Shown here piece by piece: positions 27,899 through 39,601 of a DNA stretch of 64,000 nucleotides. The stretch is from assembly GCA_951406725.2 (NCBI GenBank), contig OX597833.1, positions 51,832,001 through 51,896,000 on the forward strand, written 5' to 3'. Origin of the DNA: Octopus vulgaris (Eukaryota). The position numbers and the translations under genes were made by a program. Within the stretch, counting starts at the first letter, position 1. The number at the start of each line of letters is the position of its first letter. Below the pieces are notes generated by a model. That model worked only from the letters and a program-made list of their open reading frames with translations, was not told the origin of the DNA and searched no databases.

Positions 27899-28187
27899 GT
27901 AAGAATGCATTACCTATCGAAATCTTCACGTATTTCATCCAATTTAAACCATCATTCAACGGTTGAATTATTAATGCATTTAGCAACATAGCGTGTCGTC
28001 CGTGTATTTTTCGATAAACGTCTCTACAACGTTTTTGTCGCGATAAAACCTTACCTGTGTCCAAAGCGAGAACACCAGAAATTATTTATTACCATTTATT
28101 TTTAAACAAGCTTAGCTTACTTAACTCGGTTACTGGAATATTAGAAGACCAATCCGTCACCAAAATCATTTGTGAGAATCTTTTCAG
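27899..28187 (+). other. Predicted intron upstream of the 862-aa ORF
   Basis: Donor AG|GTAAGA at 27899; acceptor TCTTTTCAG| at 28187, immediately before AAA-ATG. Confidence 0.65.
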
Positions 28188-28190
28188 AAA

Positions 28191-30779
28191 ATGAGTTCTT
28201 CAGAAGATGAAAATCATACTGAATTCCATTCGAAGGATAATGAAGACATTTCTAGACCTTCTACATCTAAAATCGGGGACACTTGCCCACTTGGCTTAAC
28301 TGCAGATCCTAATCCAGTGGCTGTCTCATCTCAGGACTCAAAAGTTAACGAAAAGCATCACTCACCATGTAGACGTTCCACAGTTAGTCCCAAAAAGGAA
28401 AAATGCGTCGAGCCAACCGATCTTTCACACAGTACAAACAGGCATGGAGCTGATGACGATACCCTTAATACTCCAGAGAAGCTTATCAAAACTGAATCGG
28501 TGCATGAACCAAGTACATCAAGACTACTACCTGAAGCTAATATACCAGGGAGCAGCATTCCACGTTCCAGTATGTCTAAAAGCCTACAACCCTACGGAGT
28601 TCATAATTTCTCAAAAAGCGAAGATTTTCGTCTCCAGCTCGGGCCAGAAATTGAAGAGACACTAAGATCAGGAAAAATAAGGCTGCCATCTCTAACAGAG
28701 TGCGGAACTTCACCTTCCAAAATGGTCATGATAGAAACACGCCACAAAGTGCCAGAGAGCAACCAGGCTTCTAGCACACGAGAAAGTGAGAAAAGAGAAG
28801 GCGAAAGCGCGCCGGTACCCAGGAAACGTTTAAATGCTCCTGTACGCAGAATGCGTGGAAGACGGTCAGTACACGGAACGCAGGGAAGACGGCCTGTGCG
28901 CGGCATACGTAGAAGACGACCTGTGCGCGGAATGCGTGGAAGCGCGCCAGTGCGCGGAATGCGTGGAAGCGCGCCAGTGCGCGGAATGCGAGGAAGCGCT
29001 CCAGCGCGCGGAATGCGTGGAAGCGCGCCAGTGCGCGGAATGCGTGGAAGCGCGCCAGTGCGGGGAATGCGTGGAAGCGCGCCAGTGCGCGGAATGCGTG
29101 GAAGCGCGCCGGTGCGCGGAATGCGTGGAAGCGCGCCGGTGCGCGGAATGCGTGGGAGCGCTCCAGTGCGCGGAATGCGTGGGAGCGCTCCAGTGCGCGG
29201 AATGCGTGGAAGCGCTCCAGCGCGCGGATTGCGTGGAAATTCGCCAGTGCGCGGGAAAAGTAAAATCTCACGAGTGAAGAAAAATGTTAGAATCGTGGAA
29301 ATGAATGTAGGTACTGGATGCACGCGAGCTAGAGGGAGACGTTGCAGCCCACCACAGAATAGAAGTGGGTGCTCGCCAGAGAGTAGGAGAAGGGATAGCT
29401 CCCCTGTGAACCTTCAGTTCGATGACATGTTATATTTATCTCAGACTTCCAGCACATTGGCGAGGCGATATCATCCAAGAATACCTTTGAATGCACGATC
29501 TTACGGCTCAACATTGAACGAACAAAATTATGATGCATCAATGAGCAGCCACACACGAAGTGCGTCGATGAACAGATTGAACGATACAATGCTAATGGAC
29601 AGTCAATACTTAAGAGATTTAAACAGATATCACGATAGGGTGATAGAAGAACTATATTTTTTCATCGAGTTACTTGAAAGGTATTCTATATCGGCAGAAA
29701 TAGAACGGATCCAAAGGAGATCTGAAGGTACACAAACTCAGATGAGATCTGTTGGTGTTCAAACCGAGACCACGTCTGTAAGTGCATCGAATCAGACCAG
29801 AGATACATGTATACAGGTACAACCCAGACCTACAACTGGACAGGCATTCGATGTGTCGATAAATAGGTTTCATCACATGCAGCCAAGAAACAGATTACAC
29901 TGTCTCAGTCCAACAAGTTCTGTTCGTGGAGCACCACATACCTGTTCTGCAGCAAGCGAAAATAATCAGTCCAGATCCTGTTGGGCATGCGGCGAGTCGT
30001 ACATGATAGGAAGTATGCATTCTCAAAAATCACCAACAAGTGGACAGTCGGCCTGTTTGTCAATAAACAGGCCGTCTTGCAGTACGTCGACAAGCGAGTT
30101 GCATCATGACGACCCGATGTTAAGCACATACGACTACCGCCCGTTAGCAAGCGCATGGCACGGTGACTCGCTGGCAAATGATCATGTGCCCAGCACGTCG
30201 GTGAGGGAGGAGCTTCACAATACAAATAGAGAACAGGATTTACATCAGGCTGAACATGGAGAAACCTCTTACAGTGTACAACCTCAGGAACCTTCTAGTG
30301 ACAAAAGAGAATCAGCAGACGCGGAAGTTCCGGACTTGGAGTTGCCGGTCGTGGATTTGCCGGACTTGGAATTTCCAGCATTGGAAGTGCCGGTCGGGGA
30401 ATTGCCGGTCGTACAATTGCCGACCGTGCAATTGCCGTTCGTGGAATTGCCGGACTTGGAATTGCCGGACGAAGAATCGCCGAACTTGGAATTGTCGGAC
30501 GAGGAATCGTCGGACGTGGAATCGTCGGATGAGGACATGCCGGACTTGATATTGCCGAACGATGAATTGCCGGACTTGATATTGCCGAACGATGAATTGC
30601 CGGACTTGGAATCGTCGGACGAGGAAATACCGGACTTGGTATTGGTGGACGAAGAATCGTCGAACGAGGAAATGCCGGACTTGATATTGCCGGACGAGGA
30701 ATTGCCGGTCGTGGAATTGCTGGTCGAGGAATCGCCAGACGAGAGATCGTCGAGCGTAGAGTCGACAACTGGAAGATGA
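28191..30779 (+). CDS. Uncharacterized 862-aa intrinsically disordered protein with RG-rich repeat, TQT motifs and acidic repeat tail
   Basis: 2.6-kb uninterrupted ORF in repeat-free, higher-GC sequence; AAAATG start context; frame-preserving 27-bp and 15-bp tandem repeats; ATTAAA signals downstream; no transposon motifs recognised. Confidence 0.85.
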   Translation: MSSSEDENHTEFHSKDNEDISRPSTSKIGDTCPLGLTADPNPVAVSSQDSKVNEKHHSPCRRSTVSPKKEKCVEPTDLSHSTNRHGADDDTLNTPEKLIKTESVHEPSTSRLLPEANIPGSSIPRSSMSKSLQPYGVHNFSKSEDFRLQLGPEIEETLRSGKIRLPSLTECGTSPSKMVMIETRHKVPESNQASSTRESEKREGESAPVPRKRLNAPVRRMRGRRSVHGTQGRRPVRGIRRRRPVRGMRGSAPVRGMRGSAPVRGMRGSAPARGMRGSAPVRGMRGSAPVRGMRGSAPVRGMRGSAPVRGMRGSAPVRGMRGSAPVRGMRGSAPVRGMRGSAPARGLRGNSPVRGKSKISRVKKNVRIVEMNVGTGCTRARGRRCSPPQNRSGCSPESRRRDSSPVNLQFDDMLYLSQTSSTLARRYHPRIPLNARSYGSTLNEQNYDASMSSHTRSASMNRLNDTMLMDSQYLRDLNRYHDRVIEELYFFIELLERYSISAEIERIQRRSEGTQTQMRSVGVQTETTSVSASNQTRDTCIQVQPRPTTGQAFDVSINRFHHMQPRNRLHCLSPTSSVRGAPHTCSAASENNQSRSCWACGESYMIGSMHSQKSPTSGQSACLSINRPSCSTSTSELHHDDPMLSTYDYRPLASAWHGDSLANDHVPSTSVREELHNTNREQDLHQAEHGETSYSVQPQEPSSDKRESADAEVPDLELPVVDLPDLEFPALEVPVGELPVVQLPTVQLPFVELPDLELPDEESPNLELSDEESSDVESSDEDMPDLILPNDELPDLILPNDELPDLESSDEEIPDLVLVDEESSNEEMPDLILPDEELPVVELLVEESPDERSSSVESTTGR
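28812..29258 (+). repeat. Coding 27-bp minisatellite (PVRGMRGSA)n, ~16.5 units
   Basis: 4 degenerate units from 28812, 11 near-perfect units at 28920-29216, then a variant and a partial unit. Confidence 0.95.
30324..30770 (+). repeat. Coding 15-bp minisatellite (ELPDL / ESSDE)n, ~30 units
   Basis: Consensus GAATTGCCGGACTTG, alternating with GAATCGTCGGACGAG variants. Confidence 0.9.
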
Positions 30780-30839
30780 CCACCGAGGTTTCGACAGACG
30801 ACAGCTGAGAATCTTCCACTACTCATCAAAGCTGAGCAT

Positions 30840-30871
30840 ATTAAATGTGTTTATTTATAATTTTTATTAAA
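30840..30871 (+). terminator. Candidate polyadenylation signals (ATTAAA x2)
   Basis: ATTAAA at 30840-30845 and 30866-30871 with GT/T-rich sequence downstream. Confidence 0.45.
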
Positions 30872-31244
30872 ACCCGCAAACTATTTACGCCATATTGACG
30901 AGTTGTTTTTATAAATAGCTCGTTGACACAAACTCAATTCTGAATATAGGAATCAAACAAGCATTCAAAAGTGACTGACAATATTAAAAGTTGTAAAATA
31001 GAGGCTGATAATTCTATTTCATCTCATAAATATACTTTTCCAACACAGTATTACAAATATATTCGAAAACAGATTTCACGATAACTATGGCAATACGTAT
31101 CGTTTTTACTCAAATGTTGTAAAGAACTGCAATAATAATCCTATTATTTCAGAGATAGTAAAAAAAAAAAAACAAAAATTAACCAATTTGAATGGTGTTT
31201 GATGCGACGAATATTTATTCATTACCTTTTAAGTTTATTATGTG

Positions 31245-31560
31245 AAGGTGCATGACTCAGTGGTTAGAGCGTAGAGCTTACGATCGTGAGGTTGTGAGTT
31301 CGATTCCAGGACCGGGCTGTGTGTAGTGTTCTTGAGCAAGACACTTTATTTCGAGTTGCTCCAGTTAACTCAGCTGTAAAAATGAGTTGCGACATCACTG
31401 GTGCCAAGCCGTATCAACCTTTGCTTTTCCCTTGGATAACATCAGTGATATGGAGAGGGGATGCCGGTATGCATCGGCTACAGCTGGTCTTCCATAAATA
31501 ACCTTGCCCGGACTTGTGCCACGGAGGGTAACTTTCTAGGTGCAATTATGACCGAAGGGG
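31245..31560 (+). mobile_element. tRNA-derived SINE family D (related copies ~15635-15930 and 53490-53600)
   Basis: TGACTCAGTGGTTAGAGC A-box, GAGTTCGATTCC B-box; body shared with the 15635 copy. Confidence 0.75.
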
Positions 31561-33159
31561 ATCTCCTACCGAAAGGGGGGGGGTCTCCTATTCCTATGTT
31601 TATTATGGCCAACTGATCGCTTCGCTCCAGATATTTCAAAGAAACTTGTATAAACGATCCTGAATTATTGCTAAATATTGTCTCCCATCCTATTGTAAAA
31701 TAACGTAAGCGGAATACTCCAGTTAACAATCACATCAAGTGAATACTGTTTTTATTGTCGAATCAACTGATATATATATGTATGTATATAAGGCGGCAAG
31801 TTGGCAGAAACGTTAGCACGCCGGGTGAAATGCGTAGCCATATTTCGTCTGCCGTTACGTACTGAGTTCAAATTTCGCCAAGGTCGACTTTGCCTTTCAT
31901 CCTTTCGGGGTCGATAAATTAAGTACCAGTTACGCACGGGGTCGATCTAATCGACTTAATCCGTTTGTCTGTCCTTGCTTGTCCCCTCTGTATTTAGCCC
32001 TTTGTGGGTAGTAAAGAAATATATATGTATGTATATATGTATGCATATCAGTTCGCTCATAAACGATTAATCGTACGCCTTATAAAATTTTTTGTTTGAT
32101 TTCAGTATAATGCAGTGTACAGAAATTTCTGTTGCAAGCTACAAACGTTCCCTAGAAAAATTTAGGTTTTTATAGAAAATTCTTCGAAGTTAGGTGTCAT
32201 TTCATATTTTAATTTTGCTGACAGCCATTTGTTTTTTGTATAAATAAACATTCAATCTTTTATACCGTGTTATTCATTTTGCTTATGTAGCTTATAACGT
32301 CTGATACGGAAGAACAAGTCATTTCTGGCTGTAGTTTTTCTGTTTATACACAGAAAAGATTTAATTCTACACAACCTTTAGCCTCTTTAAATCTGAAATA
32401 GATTTGCGTTGTAAATTGATCTTTGTTTTAAACGTCACCATCTTGTCTTTCACGTATGTTGTCTCTAATGCAACATTATCAAATGTGTCCTTCCTTTCTT
32501 TTACGATTTGAGTTTGCTGCAATTTCTAGCTTCTTTGAGCTACTTTATTTCTTCGCTCGTTCTTCGTTAGCCACTGCTGGTTTTTGCTTACTTTGCTTGT
32601 ACAAAACCGCAGAGATCGACAGCTAACCCAGTCTATAATTATATTGGGACTTTCAGCTACAGCACAATTTTACAGTTGACCATTTCTCTGCAGCGCTGTT
32701 TCCCTCCAAAGCCATTACATTTTATTAATTCTTGACACCTCAGTTTATCTCACTCTATATAGGTATTATATATACACATCAGAACTGAGTTAACTTCGAA
32801 TCCTTACACATCGATCTTGACAGGAAGGACACAAACCTAAAAAGTTAATATTTATAAGACTACTCAGTCAGAATTGACCTGCGACTAAACACTTCACTAC
32901 TATTAAATATCTTAAGTTCTGTGTACTGTTCTATCCTTTTACGTTTTATAAGATTGATCTGGTGAATTAATTGTCCTAATTTGTAGGAAATTACCGGAGT
33001 GTGTTCTTGTAATAAGCAGCCGATATAAGCACGATTAAATGGCGTTCATCTTGTCATATATGTATCTGGTTGTAGAAAAAATATAGAAGTCGTAACATTA
33101 ATTCTTTTCCCAATGTACGTTTTATGCTAATCAAGAAGCATTTCCGCCATATAAATAGA

Positions 33160-33876
33160 TTAGAACGTAAAGACAGACGAAATACCGCTAACGTTTCTGC
33201 CGGCTCTCCGCATTTGCGTCAAATTCATTTCTTTATTACCCACTGGGGAGGGGCTAAACATAGAGGGAACAAACAAAAGGATTAAGTCGATTACATCGAC
33301 CCCAGTGCGAAACTGGTACATCTGAAAGGATGAAAGGCAAGGTCGACCTCGGTGGAGTTTGAACTCAGAATGTAACGGCAGACAAAATATCGCTAAGCAT
33401 TTCGCCCGGCGTGCTAACGTTTCTTATTTCTTTACTACCCACAAGGGGCTAAACACAGGGGGACAAACGGATTAAGTCAATTACAGCGACCCAGTGCGTA
33501 ACTGGTACTTATTGAATCGACCCCGAAAGGATGAAAGGCAAAGTCGATCTTAGCAGAATTTGAACTCAGAACGTAACGGCAGACGAAATACGGCTACGCA
33601 TTTCGCCCGGCGTGCTAACGTTTCTGCCAGCTCGCCACCTTTACGTCAAATGCATTTCTTTATTGCCCACTGGGGAGGGGCTAAACATAGAGGGAACAAA
33701 CAAAAGGATTAAGTCGATTACATCGACCCAGTGCGCGACTGGTACTAAATTTATCAATCCCGAAAGTATGAAAGGCAAAGTCGACCTCAGCGGAAATTGA
33801 ACTCAGAACGTAACGGCCGACGAAATACGGCTACGCATTTCGCCCGGCGTGCTAACGTTTCTGCCAGCTCGCCGCC
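33160..33876 (-). mobile_element. Nested array of SINE B copies (similar arrays at 35090-35408, 37195-37590 and 50695-51070)
   Basis: Three near-full copies plus a head fragment; flank CGTCAAAT repeated; junction GAAATA|AGAAACGTTAG at 33425/33424. Confidence 0.85.
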
Positions 33877-35559
33877 CTTTACGTCAAATTGATATTGCCT
33901 GTACAGGCGTACGGTGTGCTACGGAGGGAGGGAGAGAGAGAGAGAGACATGGGGAAAACGGATTTCATCTTCGCAGTTGTTCATCAAATCTAATTCCAAA
34001 CGAAGGTGTCGAAATTTCATTCCCTTGATATTTTACTCTAACGATTGTAAACAGAAAGAAGGAAGCGGGTGGGTCGCTTCATTCTGCGACGAGGTCAGCT
34101 GCTGACAATTAAAAAACATCTCGGCCGAAGCACGTGATGTGTGTAAAAATCCTCTCCCCATGGGGGCTTTTCAGCGGTTCACGGTCTGGGGTAAGAGGAG
34201 TTTCTGGATCGCGACACTATAAACACATTCTTAGTAACCTCTTTATTTCTTGGTCGACAGAGTACAAAAAAAATAAACAAATGGAAACAAAGAGATCCAC
34301 CGCAAACCCTATAGTTTATGAAGAATACATGTATCCCTTTATATTTATCACTGAGTATATAATTTATTGGTTTCCAATTTTGGCACAAGGCCAGTAATTT
34401 CACAGGAGGGGGTTATAAGTCGATTACATCGACACCAGTATCCAACTGGTATCATTTCATTGCCCCCGCCCCCGAAAGGATGAAAAGCAAAGTCAACCTC
34501 GGCGGAGTCAGTAAGTACTTATTTTTTTTTTTTAAGCCCGGTACTTATTCTATCGATCATTTTTGCCTAACCGCTAAGTTACCGGGACGTAAACACACCA
34601 ACACCGGTTTTCGAATGGTGATGGGGGAAAAACACACACACACATAAATACGATGAGCTTCTTTCAGTTTCCTCTACTAAATCCACTCATAATGCTTTGG
34701 TTGGCCCGGGACTATAGTAGAAGACACTTGCCCAATGTGTCACGAAGTGGGACTGAACCTAGTACTATGTGATTGGGAAACAAGCTTCTTATCACACAAC
34801 CGAGGTTGACTTTACCTTTCATCATTTCGCGGTCGTTAAATTAAGTACCAGTTGCGTTCTGAGGTCGATCTAATCGATTGGGCCCCTTCCCCCGAAATTT
34901 CGGGCATTGTGCCTAGAGTAGAAAACAATAATTAATATTCGCCATGCTTAAAGTTCGTAAACGACAACTTCATCGTATCTTTTTTCCCTTTTTTTATGTC
35001 GGATCCCATTGATTTATTTTTATTTTCAAAAAGTTAACTTATTGACTGACTCATATACATATTCTATTCAACACATGCGCGCGCGCACACTTAATTTATC
35101 GACCCCGAAATGATGAAAGGCAAAGTCGACCTCGGCGGAATTTGAACTCAGAACGTAGCGACAGACGAAATACCTATTTCTTTACTACCCACATGGAGCT
35201 AAACACAGAAGGGACAAACAAGGACAGACAAACTGAATAAGTCGATTATATCGACCCCAGTGCGTAACTGGTACTTATTTAATTGACCCCGAAAGGATGA
35301 AAGGCAAATTCGACCTCGGCGGAGTTTGAACTCAGAACGTAACGGCAGACGAAATACCGCTAAGCATTTCGCCCGGTGCGCTAACGTTTCTGCCAGCTGG
35401 CCGCCTTAAGTGCTTGTACTTTATCCGTTACTTCGAAATTTTGAGGGGTTTATTGTTTTGCAATGAATTCATCCCACCATCCATTTCTGCCCTTCCCCCA
35501 CTATTCTTGTGAGAGTTTTGCGGGAGGGTAAGAGCCCTCGGACACAACCTCTATAGTAT

Positions 35560-35820
35560 CCTACTTAATGCAACAGTCATGAAAGCTCTCTTGCTGGATT
35601 CCCGAGCGTGATCAACGAAGAGAATGGATATTTTTCAACTACCTCGCTCGTAGTCTACCGATCTACCAGAAGGTTCATGCCGGTTGGTTCGGCTTGAATC
35701 TATCTTGCGATCCTCTCCTACGACACCCTAACCACTTGACCGTAGAACCTGAGCTGCGATCTATCAATGTGGAGATGTAGCGGCTTGACCAGGGGAGACA
35801 CCCTGATCTCCAAGCTAGGC
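35560..35820 (-). pseudogene. RTE-clade LINE C-terminal fragment
   Basis: Minus-strand PSLEIRVSPLVKPLHLHIDRSQLRFYGQVVKVS*ERIAR*IQAEPTG matches the RTE QLRW.GHV.RM motif region. Confidence 0.7.
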
Positions 35821-37140
35821 GCCTTTTCTGCGAATTGAGAATTAAGAGTTTTTACTTGGCAACAGACCAGCAATTAAGAATAAATTAATATAAATAACTA
35901 CAATATCATTAACTTAAACCAGCTCATCTATAGATATAATTTTCGTTGACTTGTTTTCTTTTTATCTTGTACTCAATGAGGAAAGCTGTGTCCAAGCCCT
36001 TATCTTACACTCAATAAGGAAAGCTGTGTCCGAGCTCCTTTATGGGTTTAATGGGAGGGAAAGAGGAAGGTATCTTCAAACCGTAACCTAGCCCAAATGT
36101 TTGCAATACAGAAGTCTTCGCTAAAGACACTCAAAGTGCTAAATGGTGATGCTGTTAAACGGGATGAGAGATTAAACCTACCACTCAAGTAGTGGCCATG
36201 GTAGGATTTGAACTAAAATAAAGAAACGAAAATGAGAAAAAAAAATCAAAACAAAAGCAAAATGGAAAAATTCCTAAAGACATCAGTTTCGTCATTCTCA
36301 TCTTTGAACGGCAGATCGAGAAATTAATTTTTTGTAAACAAACACTTTCAAACTTCGGACACTGGTAGAATGTGTCATATAAAACATTTTTTACTCTTAG
36401 TGTTGTTGAGAAAAGTTTGTATTTTCAAAGTAATTTCGTGTTAAAGTTGTCGTATTTCGGTAGTTTCAACCAATCAATGACGTGTATTCAGTTGAATAAA
36501 ATTACTGCCGTTGTTTGTCAACGGATCGATGAAATAAGTACTAGGGCTCCCCACTTTCCGAAATTTCAGGCCTTGTGTCTGATAATAAAAAGGATTATTA
36601 AGTCGGCATGCTCGCTGAATCGTTAGCATGCCGGACAAAATGTATTTCGTCTGGCTTTACGTTTTGAATACAAATTCCGCCAAAATTTGAAACCAATATC
36701 TGGTATGTGTAAGGTGGCAAGCTGGCAGAATTATTAAGGCGCTGGGCAAAATGCTTAGCAGGATATCGTCCGTTTGCCGTTCTGAGTTCAAGTTCCACCG
36801 AGGACGACTTTGCCTTTCATCCCTTCGGGGTCGATGAAATAAACGCCAGTGAAAGACTGGGATCGATGTAATCGACTCGCCCTTTCCCCCAAAATTCCAT
36901 GCCTTGTGCCTATAGTAGAAAGAATTATTATTATTATTATTATTATTATTATTGTTGTTGTTAATATCATTATAATCATTATTATTATTAATATCATTAT
37001 TATTATTATTAATATCTTTATTATTATTATTGATATCATTATTATTATTATTAATATCATTATTATTATTATTATTATTAATATCATTATTATTATCATT
37101 ATTATTATTATTATTATTGTTGTTGTTGTTGTTGTTAATA

Positions 37141-37193
<53 letters not shown>

Positions 37194-37615
37194 GCGGCGA
37201 GCTGACAGAAACGTTAGCACGCCGGGCGAAATGCGTAGCCGTATTTCGTCTGCCGTTACGTTCTGAGTTCAAATTCCGCCGAAGTCGACTTTGCCTTTCA
37301 ACCTTTCGGGGTCGATAAATTAAGTACCGGTTACGCACTGAGGTCGATATAATCGACTTAATCCTTTTGTCTGTTCTTGTTTGTCTCCTCTGTCTTTAGC
37401 CCCTTGTGGGTAGTAAAGAAATAGGTATTTCACCCGTTGCAACGTTCTGAGTTCTAATTCCGCCGAGGTCGACTTTGCCTTTCATCCTTTCGGGATCGAT
37501 AAATTCAGTACCAGTTACGAATTGGGGTCGATGTAATCGACTTATATCCCTTCTCCAAAATTTGAGGCCTTGCGTTTCCAGTAGAAATTATTATTATTAT
37601 TATTATTAAGTAATA

Positions 37616-37649
<34 letters not shown>

Positions 37650-38616
37650 ATAATCGGCATTTAAAGTACGGTGAATAATGTTTTGTATAAACATCTCAGA
37701 ATAGTAAGTTTAACGAAGCAATAGGAATGCTAATGTTAGTCGGTCAAGAAGATTATTGATTCAAAGTCAAAATAAAAACTCTGCTATCCGATGCGACAAA
37801 ACAGACAAAATTTAAAGAGTATACGAAGAGTGTCATCTTGGATTTACGAAACTTAAGACGCTGTAAGAGGAGTAGTTGAACAGGGAAGTGTTTGCCGAGT
37901 TGCGTTGCTTTATTTTTATGCTGTATCTGTTACAATATTGACCGAATTACATTTAGATTTTATCCTTCTTTCACACAAACTCCTCAAATTAATGTACTGA
38001 TTAGAAACGTTAGGACCGTACTGTGAATGGTTTATCTCATGAGTTTCGGGCATTAGATCGCGGCCATGCTGGAGCACGAACTTCCAAGGTTTTGTGTTAA
38101 ATGATTCGACTCCAGGACTTACTTTTTTTAAAGCTGGTTGTTTTGCCGAAGCGCTAGGATATGGGGACGTAAACACACCAGCATCGGTTGTCAGGCGGTG
38201 GTGGAACACAAACGCATGCACACACACGCACATATGTATGTGTGCGTGTGTGTGTGTGTGTGCGTAGTTGCTAATATTTAGCAGAAAACAACAGAGTGAC
38301 TCTAAGTCCGAGAGTTTCGTGTGTTGGCACGAAAGTCAAAATCGACTTCGATGATATTTGAACTCAGAACGTAATGATAGACGAAATGCAGCCGGGCATT
38401 TCGTCCAGCATGGAAACGATTCTCCCATCTCTCTGCCTTAAATTTATCTAATAATGAATACATATAATTTGCACTACATACTTTACATAGAGTATTTTTT
38501 CCTCCAGCTACTACTCATTTCTCCAATATATATGTGTAAATATGTATGTATGGGTAATTATATATGCAATGCGTGTTTGTATGTGTAAATATGTGTGCAT
38601 GTATGTATACATGCAG

Positions 38617-38657
<41 letters not shown>

Positions 38658-39474
38658 ATTAAGGGTTTAGCAACAAATTGCTTAATCACATACCGAAAAA
38701 TTTAGAAATAGCAGCCAAAAACCGTTATTTCTAAATTTTTCGGCATATGGCTAAGCAACTTGTTAAACCCTTAATTATTGCTATAATTGCATATAAAACT
38801 TCTTGTATAAGTTTTTTACCGAATATGGTTCCTTTCCATACCGAAACTACTTGGTGAAATTTATTAATTATAAATTAATAATTTTTTACCCTATCTTCTT
38901 ATCTTTTATCTTTTACTTGTTTCAGTCATTTGACTGCGGCCATGCTGGAGCACCGCCTTTAGTCGAGCAAATCGACCCCGGGACTTATTCTTTGTAAGCC
39001 CAGTACTTATTCTATCGGTCTCTTTTGCCGAACCGCTAAGTGACGGGGACGCAAACACACAAACACACACACATACACACACACACATATATATATATAT
39101 ACATATATACGACAGGCTTCTTTCAGTTTCCGTCTACCAAATCCACTCACAAGGCATTGGTCGGCCCGGGGCTATAGCAGAAGACACTTGCCCAAGATGC
39201 CACGCAGTGGGACTGAACCCGGAGCCATGTGGCTGGTTAGCAAGCTACTTACCACACAGCCACTCCTGCGCCTATATCTATAATATATATATATATATGA
39301 CCGCGTGTGTACCGTTGGCGATTTTTTCCTTTGTCTTCCCTTCTCTGGATCTTTCCTTCTCCTATGTTTCCGACGAAGAGCTCCTTCTTTTCTTCTTTCC
39401 TGAGCGTCCAATAATACTATATTTGTTCCACGTCCTCGCGTTGTTGTGTGGTTTTTGTGCTTTCTTGTTTGGAT

Positions 39475-39505
<31 letters not shown>

Positions 39506-39601
39506 TAATAAATATAAAGGTACCAAAAAATTCTACAAAAAATTCTCCGCTACCAGCGGTCCAGCGAGAAAGAAAATATAGTCAAAGACTATATAATATA
39601 C

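Noticed and set aside
28920-29258. Regular repeat array resembling CRISPR
   Set aside because: Head-to-tail units without unique spacers, in-frame coding, eukaryotic context.
28601-29323. Antisense/alternate-frame ORFs over the 27-bp repeat (and 30256-30829 over the 15-bp repeat)
   Set aside because: Shadows of stop-free GC-rich tandem repeats; they end shortly outside the repeats.
36657-37266. Poly-N/poly-I ORFs
   Set aside because: (ATT)n SINE tail expansion; not coding.
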